36,375 nucleotides of DNA from the IMG/VR virus record IMGVR_UViG_3300010366_000029, positions 1-36,375 of that record; one strand, written 5' to 3'. The DNA comes from a virus. Lineage: Duplodnaviria; Caudoviricetes. The position numbers were made by a program, and so were the translations under genes. The notes beneath the pieces were generated by a model. It did not search any database and was not told where the DNA came from. It saw nothing but the letters and a program-made list of their open reading frames with translations. Shown piece after piece: positions 36,158-36,375 of the stretch; position 1 is the stretch's first letter, and each line of letters starts with the position of its first letter.

Positions 36158-36375
36158 CAACGACGACACCACACGACACCCCCGTGTCGTTGCACGACCA
36201 GTGGCAAGAAGCCGTGCGGGAATTAGCGATGCGCCGCCGCGTCTATCCACGGTGGGTCAGGCAAGATCACCTCATGCCTGACCGTGCCGCGTATCAACTC
36301 CGGGTGCAGGAAGCCATTGTGGCCACCCTCAAGCGCCTGCTCGACCACGACGACGCACACAGCGGGCAATATCAA
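36154..36375 (+). CDS. hypothetical phage protein, partial
   Basis: ATGA overlap; RELAMRRRVYPRWV; open to window end. Confidence 0.65.
   Translation, partial: MTTTTPHDTPVSLHDQWQEAVRELAMRRRVYPRWVRQDHLMPDRAAYQLRVQEAIVATLKRLLDHDDAHSGQYQ

Noticed and set aside
1-36375. Integrase, endolysin, tRNA genes and host assignment
   Set aside because: None recognisable by eye in this window; the genome continues past both ends and host cannot be supported without searches

Overview
A dsDNA tailed phage or prophage segment (no integrase or att site visible). The minus strand from about 25,550 to 1 is a packaging and virion operon: terminase small subunit, a terminase large subunit encoded as two separate genes (ATPase and nuclease), a chaperone-tailed fibre/spike, portal, scaffold, decoration protein, major capsid protein, three adaptor-like genes, a tail fibre and a 1735-aa tail protein with about 8 tandem 115-aa repeats. 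The right part (26.2-36.4 kb) is an early region with three XRE and two ribbon-helix-helix regulators, a SWIM-finger protein, a DUF3987-like replication protein followed by a 13-copy iteron array, and an AT-rich free-standing HNH endonuclease. The main hidden structure is that the major capsid gene (15153-12899) is split by three group I introns into four exons, one only 27 nt long. Joined in silico they give a 302-aa Mu gpT-like capsid protein. Intron 1 carries a LAGLIDADG ORF read through its own catalytic core and appears to end in A rather than the canonical omega-G. All family assignments come from reading motifs by eye, with no database searches.
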